Part shown: piece after piece, positions 12,601 through 24,115 of the stretch
Position numbering within the stretch: the stretch's first letter is position 1
Layout of the letters: each line of letters begins with the position of its first letter
Origin: Marsupella aquatica
Lineage: Eukaryota; Plantae; Marchantiophyta
DNA length: 64,000 bases
Assembly: GCA_973895155.1 (NCBI GenBank)
Contig: OZ316897.1
Coordinates: 15,375,375-15,439,374, forward strand
Reading direction: 5' to 3'
The notes under the pieces: model-generated
The model's input: the letters and a program-made list of their open reading frames with translations, nothing else
What the model was told of the DNA's origin: nothing
Databases searched by the model: none
Program-made: the position numbers and the translations under genes

Positions 12601-13392
12601 GCTTGTTGTCATGGAGGCCTTCTTGATGAGGGTCGTAGGCTATTTTCTAGTATGAAGCAAGATTATGGCATCGAACCTGACATTGTGCACTATACCGGCA
12701 TGGTGGATCTTCTTGGGCGAGCGGGACACTTGGAGGAAGCAAAGCTGTTCATTAGTGACATGCCAGTTGAACCAGGTGTAATAACCTGGACAGCCTTGCT
12801 GGGTGCGTGTAGAACTTACGGTAAGGTTGAGTTGGGTGAACTTGCCGCTACCAAGCTTATCAAATTGGAACCCAGCGAGGCCTCCACATATGTGCTGCTC
12901 TCAAACATCTATGCTGCAGCTGGCAAATGGGAGAAGGTTTCGTTGGTGCGTAGTATGATGCAAGAGAGAGGTGTTCGGAAGGAGCCAGGGCGTAGCTGGA
13001 TTGAAGTTGATAAGAAGATCCATGAATTTGTTGCAGGGGATACATCTCACCCAGAAGCAAGGGCGATATATACTGAGCTCAATAATTTGACTGAGAGACT
13101 GAAGGCTGAGGGCTACATTCCGGATACCCGGCTTGTGTTGCATGATATGAACGAGGAGGATAAAAAACTAGCTCTTTGCTCTCATAGTGAGAAGTTGGCT
13201 ATTGCTTACGGACTTATGCACGTTCCTCGGGGAGAACCAGTCCGTGTAAGGAAGAACCTTCGGGTGTGTCCAGATTGCCATACCGCAACCAAGTTGATCT
13301 CGAAGGTGACAGGACGCGCGATTATTGCAAGGGATGTAAATCGCTTTCACCATTTTAAAGATGGCTTGTGTTCTTGTGGTGATTACTGGTGA
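9596..13392 (+). CDS. PLS-class PPR protein with E/DYW deaminase domain (organellar C-to-U editing factor), ~1124 aa; exons 9596-9768, 10191-13392
   Basis: 17 PLS repeats, E1/E2, PG box KEPGRSWIEV, HSEK and CPDC zinc ligands, C-terminal DYW. GT at 9769 and TTTTTTCAG at 10190 join exon 1 in frame. Alternative start ATG 10252. Confidence 0.95.
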
Positions 13393-15029
13393 TCAGATTG
13401 AAAACTGTGTTGTGCTGGCTCGAAAGTGACCAACCATTCACCAATTTTGCGAGCAAGGGGCAGTGAAAGCCTCATTCCCAATCGTTCAGGTACTCTCACT
13501 GACAAAAAATCTTGAAGAAAATCGTTGGTCACAGTGAGCGTTTAACAGAAAAGCTACTTGAGTTGCTTCTTGACATACAGTAGAAATCACAGATTTTGAA
13601 AATGAAACTTTGGGCTCATGTGTATAACAAAGCATTTTGATACCTCCTTCAAATTTCCTGGTTAGATTACGAGAGAAGGGTATTTGTATAAGCGCTCCTG
13701 TAGTTACCTTGTCGTGCACACGGGCTTTTCATAATTTCGCTCATCATGAATGAAGAAATGCACAGTTAGTTGATCTACTTTAAATTTGTGAGTTTATGAA
13801 GGCGTTTGAGCACACGTTGTTAACAGGTTTAGTTTACTCATTCGAATATTGGCGCTCTCCTATCTGTTCACAAATTCCTTCGTTTTCTTGCTAGGGGCAT
13901 CATTAGCTGCTTCGCTCAGACTGAATCGTTTCCCTCACAACAGGAACAATCATCGTTTCCTCACATGGTTGACAGACCAATACACGATTAGCAAATGATA
14001 TAGGCATGCTTTCGAACTCAAATTTAGCGCCACTGACGTGATTCTTTCATATTGTAACAGACCAGTTCTCAGAAAAATGACAGAAGCGCACAACCCACGA
14101 CTTTCGCGCAATTCCTGAAAGCACTAATGATTGTGAATGAGCAAGCGAAAGTCTAAATTACTTTGAAAGCTAAACAGCTCTCAAATGTTGTACATTCTAC
14201 GCTGTCCGTGCCTGCTTGCCTTGTTATCATGATCCCTACACAAATCTAGCCTCCTGGTTCGAACTTACAATGATAACCTTTTCTCCGCAGAGAATCATAT
14301 AAGCCGAGAAAAGTGTTTCAGAAAGAAAGCATGTTGTGCGGAGAAGTAACTTTGCCCAAAACAAATCGCAGACAATCAACATCTTGAAGAGAGAACCGTC
14401 CGATGGAGAAATGATATCACACTTGATTTTCCAAGATGCTGTTATGTCCACTACCGCTTTCGACCAGTTTCCATGCTGAATACCACCTGATATCATGTGT
14501 ATAGCCAACAACCAGCTGGCTCTGGAGCATCCCTCGTATCAGGGAGGCAGAGGATTAAGAACAAAAAGTATTGCAACGCTTGCTGGAGATCCCCTTCTAT
14601 TAAAATGCATCCAAGTAAACATCCAGGACAGCCCAGAGCGATGTATCATCAAAAGGAGCTCGTTCCCAGAAACATCGATACAGTTTCCGAAGCTGAAGCT
14701 GCTGACTTCACTTGATTGATCCCGGGTACAGAGTAGTTTCCATTTCAATACCGCAGTCCTCTATTGTACCATTAATCAACAAAATGGATACTGGAATTGT
14801 GGTCGTGACAGGAATATGTAAACAACCCTAACAGGGACCCCTCTTATTGTATGGACAGTTTCTGAGGTACATCCGGTAAGCCTGAATGCGATGAGACTTA
14901 GTTTAATGGAGAGAAAGACGCTCCGCAATTGCAGCTCAAGATCTTGTATTGGGGCAAGGACCACAACTTCACCGTCAAACTCTCTGTGCATCTACGAAAG
15001 TGTAAAGGGATAACCAAATAGATGCTCGC

Positions 15030-17738
15030 TTAATCACTCAGCTTATAATTTTTCATGCTGGGTATTGAGAACAAGGAGTTCCACCAGCTAAGCTTCTGGG
15101 CATTTCGAGTAACCCCAATGTCCTTACACAGTGTGTCATAGTGCCATATTTCAACTGAGCCTATACATGGTCGTTGGTAGAGGGGAGTAACACTCTTCCT
15201 GTATTGCCGCCATTTTGACATATCGGCATCCATGGTTGCAAGATCCGGTAGACTGAATTGACCTTGTATCAGGTGCGCTAGCCACATAGCTCCCAGCTCA
15301 GCAGAATGGGTGGTTGAAAGCCCCTCACGATACCCCAGAAAAGCCATACCTGGAATTTTTGGGTGCACCAGTCCTCTGTAAAGCATTCCACCCATCATTC
15401 TCAGGTTGCAGACACCGATTGATGCATCCGAGACCAAACTTGGACATGAAAGATGTCGACTCCTCAATAAAACAAATCAAAGTGTCCTGGATACACTACG
15501 TGCTTCGTCAACTAGAAGGGTCCAGAGCAGAACAGGAATCTTGTATACAAGACAGTCTCTCCACCAGGCAGATTCAAACACAGTCGAGGAAAACGGAATG
15601 AGCGGCCTTTCCATCATCCACAAAGAAGAGTTGAAGGACATACCTGTAAAGGGATATTGTATCTTCTTTCTCGAACACAGATTCTCTGGCCGATATAGGA
15701 AGAACTGCCTTCAACTTTTCTTGGGCATTATACCCAGTGCATAGAAGAACAACGTCTGCCTCAACTTTCTTTCCATCTGCCAGAACGACACCTTGAGGAT
15801 AGAAGCTGAAAGAAGGGCTCTTCACTGGTCCAATGTGCCCCTTCTCCAAGTGTGGCACAAAACCGACAGGCAGTGACGGTAACATGCAGCCGGAGATGTC
15901 CTCAATTAGTGAATGGTCGGGGAGTATTCCAAACTTGGATAGAGGCACCTGATTTCGAATGTTGTATTCCACCGTCTTCCACATTAACCATCTCTGTCCA
16001 CCAATTGCAGCAATTAATTAATGAAATACCAAAATGGAAAGCCCTTCAACTGCATTTCTGGACAAGGAAGGCGAAGATACGACAAACTAGCCGCCAAATT
16101 GTGCAAAATGACATTCAATTATAATACAGACCCAGCTCCTATTCTGCAAAGTAAAGAGGACTGCATAAAATCGTATATTTGAACAAAGCAAAAAGAAGAG
16201 TTCAACACACCAACGGATGGAAAATCATTTGCATAAATCGTTGAAGGATGCCTTGGTTTGGTTTCGGAGAAAACCATTCGCCGAATCGGGTGTAGCAAAG
16301 GTACATAAAAGGAATGTAGCCAAAAGCCATTGGCATTTTATGGGGAAACATCCAGTGGGTTCGCCTGAAAAGCAGTGTGCAGGTTCCTCCAGAGGCATCT
16401 GTGACCAGAATGGAACATCAAATTTGGATTAACATCAGGTAGTTCCATGAATGATACTGTTTGACCACAAATATTGTACAGTAGCAAATGGCAGCCACCA
16501 CAAAAAGAAGAGACAAATGGGACATTCCCCTTGTACTAAAGCTTCCTTCAAACAGCGACCAGCTGTCGCTGTTTTTGAGACTTTTGAATACAACAGAAAA
16601 TCCAAACCACAGATTTCGTAATTTCTGGTTAACTCCGAACACGAATGATTGTGTGCAATACGGCGAAATTGAGAATCGCTGACCTTCGATGGCATTGGCG
16701 ACCTCCATTACAATATCCAGGGCAGTCTTTCCATATCCCACGACGACCACCTTTTTCCCATGAAGTAATTCACTTGACTTCTCTGGACCCAGAGAAGAGT
16801 ACTCCAATGAGTGTAAGACTTGCCCCGAGAAAACCTCAGGGCCTTCCTTTGCAGGATACGAGGGGACACTTGGGAAATCTCCAAAGCAACCACAACAAAT
16901 CACCAGAAACTCGAACTCGTAACTCTGCATTACACACAAATCTGTGAGTGACAAACCCAAGAGTAGCATTAATCTCATAAGTCCAGGAATATAAAACAAG
17001 ACCAAAATTCTATATAATGACAAACGTGATTGCTTGCACGAAGGTGGAGAAGAACAATCTGTGAAAGTTGTCAGTGGCAACTTTTTGCCTCGGAATGATA
17101 CCAGTTAGATCTCATGTGAAATCATGAGAAGCTCACAATCTTTTAGTATACAGATTTCTCACCTCCTCAGAGAATTCAGGAGAATCACTGGAATCCAGGA
17201 TCGTTTTCCTTACACGGACCTCCCACAATGTACTATTCACATCGTTCAAAGCCAAATCTTCGTCTGAGATCCGGTTCCGATTTTTCCTCCTCGTCAATCC
17301 ATCGGCCTTGGCATCCCAGCCATCATCCGTTGCTACCGAATTGCCCCTCGTAATCTGGACTACTTGGCAGTTGAATTGAATCTTGTCCAGCAGCCCGAAT
17401 TGCTGACTATAGCGCTCAAGGTATTCCATCACGTCCTGGTGCATGGGATACTCACTCGCAGACTCTGGCCAGGGGAAATCCGAGTACTCGAACAGTCTTC
17501 TGGAGGTCTGCAGAGCTGTGGAAGTGTATGTATGTCTCCAAATGCCACCAATCCCCTGCTTCGCTTCCAAAACCGTGACATTGAGCCCTCGCTGAGAAAA
17601 ATGCTTGCAAGCAGCCAGCCCAGACACTCCTGCTCCTATAATGCCCACTCTCGGACCCCCGTCTTTCATCCTGTCAAGCTTGGTATCCCCTCCAGAATTC
17701 CCCTTCAGCACTGCAGTGTCAGTAGGTGCTGCTACCAT
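15030..17738 (-). CDS. FMO1-like flavin-containing monooxygenase, copy A, 566 aa; exons 17738-17163, 16924-16684, 16398-16211, 15993-15644, 15375-15030
   Basis: FAD motif GAGVSG, FMO signature FSGQVLHSLEY, NADPH motif GYGKTA, LCTGY; four GT-AG introns give a continuous 1701-nt frame. Confidence 0.93.
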
Positions 17739-18620
17739 CCGAAATCCTCGTTGGGCATGTGAAGTTGTCCTTCAAAAACTCTCGTTACTATCTCCTGAAT
17801 TGGAAGCAGCTCCAGCATTTGATGAGACGTTGCTCTGGCGTAGCAATGGAATCTCGTTATGGAGCCAATGTACTGTAGACCTGAGATACCTCGGCACACA
17901 GATTTGTAGTTTAAGAAGGGCCTGATGTTGCTTCATAGTTATAATGCGAACCCAAGATTCAAGAGATCGCCGCTGTTGTTGCCAAGTGGAGGGAATCGAC
18001 TGTTTGGATGGAGAGCGAGAGAGAGAGAGGTTCTTACGAGTCTAGTGAGACTTGTCGTTGTCTCAATGCTGACGAAGAAAGTCAAGACATTTTGCAGTCC
18101 ATCCTCCACAGTCCAGGCTACCTTTGAAATGCTTTGAGGGTGTCCTTCTCACCTGGTACTCTACTAATGAAGAAGCTTCTGGGGAACAAGAAGAAAGGGT
18201 GGGCCTTCGGCTGGGATAGACTTGCACAACACGCATGGGCCCGGGCCTCAACGAAACGCTCTTTGTTACTCATATTATAAATGTTACCTCTGGTGGCTTT
18301 ACAAGACTTTGGGGGCAGTTTCCACTTTTGTTTGGTCCATCTCCAAGATTGATGGGAGCCATCCATTTGGGAGAGACTGCTGCTGTTCACTTTACAGAAG
18401 GTTGGGGGCACTTTCAAAGGAACCTGTAACCAACCCTACATGGAGTGTAATGGGACCCAATTTATTTTTTGTTGTTTATGTGGAGCACTCTTTTGTCCTA
18501 GATTTTAGACCATCTATGTTGGAGGCCTCTTCTTCTGGTCTCTTGGTCCATTTCTATTTTAAGTCATTTGCATTAAAAAGGGGCCCACAAGTCCTTCATA
18601 AGATCTTATATATATATACA

Positions 18621-19800
18621 CTAGCTCAATACCCGTGCGTTGCACAAAAGATGTCGTGTCGGCCAAGATGTTGTTGAAAAAAAAGATGTCGTGTCGTCCA
18701 AGATGTCATTGAGAAAAAAGATGTCGTGTCGGCCAAGAAGTCGTTGTGACAAAGGATGTTGTGTCGGCCAAGAAGTTGTTGAGAAAAATGATGTAGTCTC
18801 GCCCAAGATATCATGTCACCCAAGATGTCATAGAGAAAAAGATGTCAAGTTGCCTAAGATGTTGTGTTAGGAGAAAGAAGTCATGCTGCCTAAGATGTCA
18901 TTAATAAAAAAGATGTTGTGGTGCCCGAAATATCATTAAGAGGAAAGACGTTGCGTCGCCCAAGATGTCATTATGATAGAGAAAAAGATGTCGTGTCGCC
19001 TAAGATGTTGTGTTAAGAGAAAAGAAGTTGTGTCGCCCAAGATGTTGTTAATAAAAAAAGATATTGTGGCGCCCAAGATGTCATAGAGATAAGAGATGTC
19101 ATGGCTCCCAAGATGTCATTAAGAAAAGATTTTGTGTTGCCCAAGTCTATGTTGTTACATGAAATATGTTGTGAAGAAAAAAGATGTTGTGTTGCCCAAT
19201 ATGTCATCAAGTAAGAAGTCGTCGTCAAGGAAATAGATGTTGTGCTGCCAATGATGTCGTTATGCTACCCCTTGCATCTTGAAACCCCATTGGTAAGCCC
19301 AACTTTCTGGATACTATAGGCTTTTGAACTTAAAATTGTTGCGACCACCTCCTTGGCTTTGGCTGCCCAAATGCCAAGGCCCTTCCAGATAATGGCACTG
19401 CTTGCCTGACTTTTCAATAACTCTTTTCCTACCCCTTGCATCTTGGGATCCCATTGGTAACCAAAATTTTGGTTACTCTAAGCTTAGTTTGGGTAAAGTT
19501 GCCCCCAATCACTTACTTAGTTTTGGCCACCCTAGTGCCGAGACCTTTTGGGGCAACTGCACAGCTTGGCTGACTTTTCAACAGCCCTTTTTGGTCACAA
19601 CTTACATCCTCAAACCCCAATTTTTTGTTACTTTAAGCTTAGTTTAATTGCTTAAAGTCACCCTGGGTTGCTTACTTGGCTTTTGGCTGCCCCAATGCCG
19701 CAACCCCTTGGGGCAACAGCACAGCTCAGCCAACTTTTCAACAGACCTTTTCCTACCCTTTGCATGGAACCCCTTTGGTAACCGCATCCAAATTTACTTG
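18621..19800 (-). mobile_element. Non-autonomous Helitron 3' end with ~33-bp minisatellite (5' end not located)
   Basis: Minus strand reads GTGCAACGCACGGGTATTGAGCTAG|T (hairpin, spacer, CTAG); AAAAAGATGTCGTGTCGCCCAAGATG units over ~18646-19260. Confidence 0.8.
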
Positions 19801-22213
19801 GCTCCTTACTCTCGAACACCATGCACCCTTGGGGTGGTGTGGTTTGTAAAACTGTCCATTCAATATAATTGGATATTTGAGAAGAGGTGGTCCCTTCATA
19901 TATACTTCTGAGGACGTTGCGCCCTGGACCACATTTGGTCCCAATGGTTTGGACCCCAACCAATGCGTATTTGAGTTCTAAATAGGGTGGCAAGTGATCA
20001 TGGCAACCAAGGGCTTGTCGGGGAATTGGAACCCGGGGCATGAATTTGACTTAGGCTTGGGGATGGGACCCTGGGGTCTCGAGTTTCATTCCACCCGGGA
20101 TGTTGGGTCCAGGCAAGGGCCAAAGTTGTCCCCAGACTTGTCATTGTCACCGCTCCCTTGTTGCTCTCCCCTGTCATCACTCCCTTGTTGTCACTCATCG
20201 TTGCTCCCTCCGAGTTGCTCCCTTTGTCACTCCCTCCATCAAGGCTCCCTCCGTCGCTCCCACCCCCAGGCTGGTCCCAGTCGTTGCCTCGTTGCTCCCT
20301 TGTTGCCCCCTTATCGCCGCAGGGAGTCGGGAGTTGACTTGTGAGTCAGGGAGTTGAGGCAGGTCTTTGAGGCAGCGCTGAGGCAGGGCTTTGAGGCTAG
20401 GCAGGCTTCAAGGCAGGGAGTTGAGTTTTAGGCCCGGTTTGAGGCAGGCCTCAAGGCAGGGAGTTGCGTTGGGTGTCGAGGCAAGGGGTTGGCAGAGAGT
20501 CAAGGCAGGCAGTCGCGAGTCAGGAGCCCGGTCGGGAGTCGAGGCAGGGAGTTGGGCGTCGAGGAGGCAAGTTGGTCCAGGTGGGGGAGGGCGAGTAGGG
20601 CGCAAGCGTCGGTCGACGGGGGCTGACGGCCGCATCTTGGCGAGTTGGGATGTCGGAGTAGGGGCGCCCAAGGGAGGATGCAAAGGGCCAGGCACCAAAC
20701 GAAGGGGCGTCATCGGGATGTGGGGGTTTAGTGTTTAACGGCTCCAAGTCGGGCCAAGGAGGGAGAAAGCGGCCGCAACTTTGGGAGAATGAGAGTGCAA
20801 GGGAGAGAGTGTTGTGCAGCCCTGCAACTGATTTTTTTTGTCTAATTATTGCTTCCGTTTTTCCCGGTGCTGGTTTTTGTCACCCAAGGGTAATGAGTTC
20901 ATATGTTTGTACCTGATGAGGCTCCCAAGGGTAATGAGTTCATATGTTTGTACCTGCAGGTACAACAGTACCTGCCTTGTGCATTGGATACCGGGCCACC
21001 AGATACCGGGCCTGTACCTGATTTCTTCATTTCCCTCCCCCCTTTTTTCTTCGTTTTATTGGTTCCATATTTACAGGTTTGAATTTTTCTCACGCAAAAG
21101 TACACTCCAAATTTGAATGATGACCACACCATTTTTTGGCGCAACTGTGTATTATAGTTTAGGATCAGTGCCCAAGGGCAAAAAATGCCCAACTGGGAGA
21201 CATGATCCCAATGGCAAAGCAACCCAATGAAGGGGAGGAAAACTTTAGTCAAAGAGTACCTGACATTCATGACATTCAGGTGGAGTGGGTACTCAATATG
21301 CCTTAGTTTTTAGTAAATTAATCTGGCACCATTGGCTGCACTTGGCTTTACAAGACCTTGGAGGCAATAAAATGATTCAAAAAATGCTTTTAGTCCCGGG
21401 ACACTATATTTAGTGTGTACAATGGCCCTCCAGTTTGCTTTGTTGAAGAAAAACTGGGAAGAAAACTCCCAAGTGCCCCCTACTTCTTGTAAAGTCCTCC
21501 TTAGTTGAGCTGAAACCGCTTTGGACAATTTCTCTTTGTATTTGCTGTACATCTTATAAGACAGAATCATAGAGGCATATTTATAAACATTTCATAGCAC
21601 TCATTTCCCACAGGGTATTATCGGAGAAGAATGCAAATCAAGATTTGGATCAACTCAGTACTGACTAAGCGTCTCCTCTACTGTTACTAGAATTTGTAAT
21701 GCTGGCAGATGTGTTATGAAGATTCCCAGTCTAAAAAAAGCTAACTGCCGCTGGCATGAACCAGCTTTTTGAAAATATTCTCAATGGGTTAAGTATATAC
21801 TAACCTTCCATGGCATTGTAGGCTACAATGCCCCAAAAATAAGGCCTTTAGCCCAAGTTCTGAGTGACTGTTAATGCCATATTGCTATGATATATACGGG
21901 GATATATAACACAGAGTTAATACACTTTAATCTCTGAAAGATTTATTTTCTGTTTCCCCTTTCTTCTCACTTGGAGACAGACCCAAATCTCATGCAAGTT
22001 CAGATTTTACTTTAGTTACCAAGAGACTAGTAAAGGAAATTCCCAAAATGCCCTTCCATTGCTTGTGATGGGCATTCTCTTCCATAAAGTAAAACATTAT
22101 ACAAAGAGATCTTGCAGGGGATTACTAGGCTGTGTCTGGAATGTGAGAACAAGCTAAACAGCAGCAGCCGGGACGTGTTTTCAAACATTTCAGATGCAGG
22201 TTATGAACTAGAA

Positions 22214-22599
22214 TTTGAGTGAATATAGAGGTAAATATTGTACAATGCAACGTCAGAGAGAACCGGTGTACAACCCAGTAATAGATAATGGCACATAGAT
22301 CCATGGTTCACCCTGTCTGGGTTACGTCCACCATTTAGAAATAAATAACTATATACAATCACAATACATCCGCCATATCCTAGTAATCTCACAAGCTGCT
22401 CTACCATAAATCTTTTCTTTCGCTCCCTCTTTCACTTTCAGTCCTTCACCCCTGAAATTAGTATATAAGTATTACTTAAGTATACCCCCTTCCCACTAAA
22501 TAAATCTAGTTACCTCAGCACATTTAACCATTAATAGTTAAATTTCTCTCTAGTTAACCTGATTAACTGGGTCGTACAGTTAAGTACGATATATTAACA
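22214..22599 (-). mobile_element. Solo LTR of a copia-related family, TSD TAGAA
   Basis: Minus strand starts TGTTAATAT, carries the GTGGACGTA...GGTGAACCA motif shared with the copia LTR, and ends CTCAAA (copia: CTCAACA); TAGAA at 22209-22213 and 22600-22604. Confidence 0.75.
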
Positions 22600-22877
22600 T
22601 AGAACCCTGGCCACAGATCAGTTTTCTTGTGCATTTTTGTCCAGAAAAAGGTCATCCAACTATAAAATTTTGCACACAGGACTACGCAAATTTAGTAACA
22701 CTGAGTACAAATGGTTACCCACCAATAACCATTGTTCCACACAAAAGTTTCAGTTATTAGCACCCAAGCTCGTCGGGTGTTTAGGGTGATTGTAAATCAC
22801 ATGGGGTGTTTCTATTTATAACCACCCTCAGGCAGGGCTTAGGCAACTGAGTATGTTCCTGAGTAGCTTCCTTCACA

Positions 22878-23059
22878 AAGACATACTTGAGGGACCCCTA
22901 AATTTGAAAACTAAGTATTACTTGATGGACCCTAGGAGGCCCTTTGAGGTTTTGGGTATGTTGATTCAAGGTCCATCAACGGCCTAGATGACTACTCGGA
23001 TGACTCTTGGGGTCCATCAAGTAACACTTTGTATTTTGGGGGTCCATCAACTATATCCC
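22878..23059. mobile_element. MITE-like fold-back element
   Basis: ~55-bp imperfect inverted arms with TTACTTGATGGACCC / GGGTCCATCAAGTAA; related to 50605-50783. Confidence 0.55.
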
Positions 23060-23454
23060 TTCCCCTCTTCAACACCTCTTGATAGGGTGGTATCAGGAGT
23101 AAGTTGTCCTTGTATTTTAGCTTGCAGGGCCATAATTGTGCTCCCCCTATTTCTTCAAGTCTCCACAATATCCTGTTTTCCTTCAAACAAATAAAGTGGT
23201 GCCGTCTGTAGAAATTTCTGAATAAGCTTGATTAACCCACGAGGGGGTGGCGTAATATATATGCAGAGAGCACAAGTCCGTTGAGCACCTGGGAGAGGAT
23301 TGACTCAGATGCCAAGTCGGCCCTGGGGTTGCCAGGCAGGAGCAACAAGTGGCAACGGGCGGTGAGTGTCCTAAACAGAATTTGTCCCAAGCAACTAATG
23401 GGCAACCTTCAGTTGGTCTATCTACCAATATATTACATCACTAATTGAATGGTA

Positions 23455-23578
23455 GATTAATTACATCTAAGTCGCGGCAACTAAAAGAGTTTAGCATGAT
23501 GACGGGAACAAAGATGGATTAATTACATCTAAGTGGTGGCAACTAAAAGAGTTTAGCATGATGACGGGAACAAAGATG
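23455..23578. repeat. 62-bp tandem duplication
   Basis: GATTAATTACATCTAAGT...GGAACAAAGATG x2. Confidence 0.9.
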
Positions 23579-24115
23579 GACACTGTATGTCCCAGAACTT
23601 TCAAAACTCTCTCCATGGATTTTTAAATTCATTCATAGTCTTGTACTCTCTGACTTTTTTGGCGTGGCAATTTTGGGTCTCACTGGTCGTATGCCAAACT
23701 TAACGTCACCATTGGAAAGGTGCACAGAGTGAGGAATGACCGCTTTGTCAATTTCTCAACAGATGCACACATTTGTGACTCGCTGCCCTTGTGTTAATCT
23801 TGATTGATTCTTTGTAGAGAATGGTTTCAGATTCAGTACTGCAGTCCTCAATTATACCATTAATCAACGAAAATAATGGATACTGGGATTGTGGTCATTA
23901 CAGGGATATGTAAACAACCCGAACAGGGAGCCTTTTTATTGTCTGGACAATTTCTTGACTACATTCTGCAATGTGATGCGAGCTAGTTTAAATGAAGAGA
24001 AGGACGCTCCGCATATACAGCTCAAGATCTTGTACAGGGGCTAGGACCCCAACTTGTCTGTCAAACTCTCGGAGCGCTTTCGAAAGTCTCTCGGGGTAAC
24101 CAAATAGATACTCGC

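Noticed and set aside
14236-14748. Short overlapping ORFs between the PPR and FMO-A genes
   Set aside because: No motifs or consistent splice structure.
18640-19260. Regular short repeats superficially like a CRISPR array
   Set aside because: No unique spacers or cas genes; eukaryotic minisatellite in a Helitron.
21100-21900. Possible hAT transposase relic (CKSRFGST)
   Set aside because: One weak motif, many stops, no TIRs.
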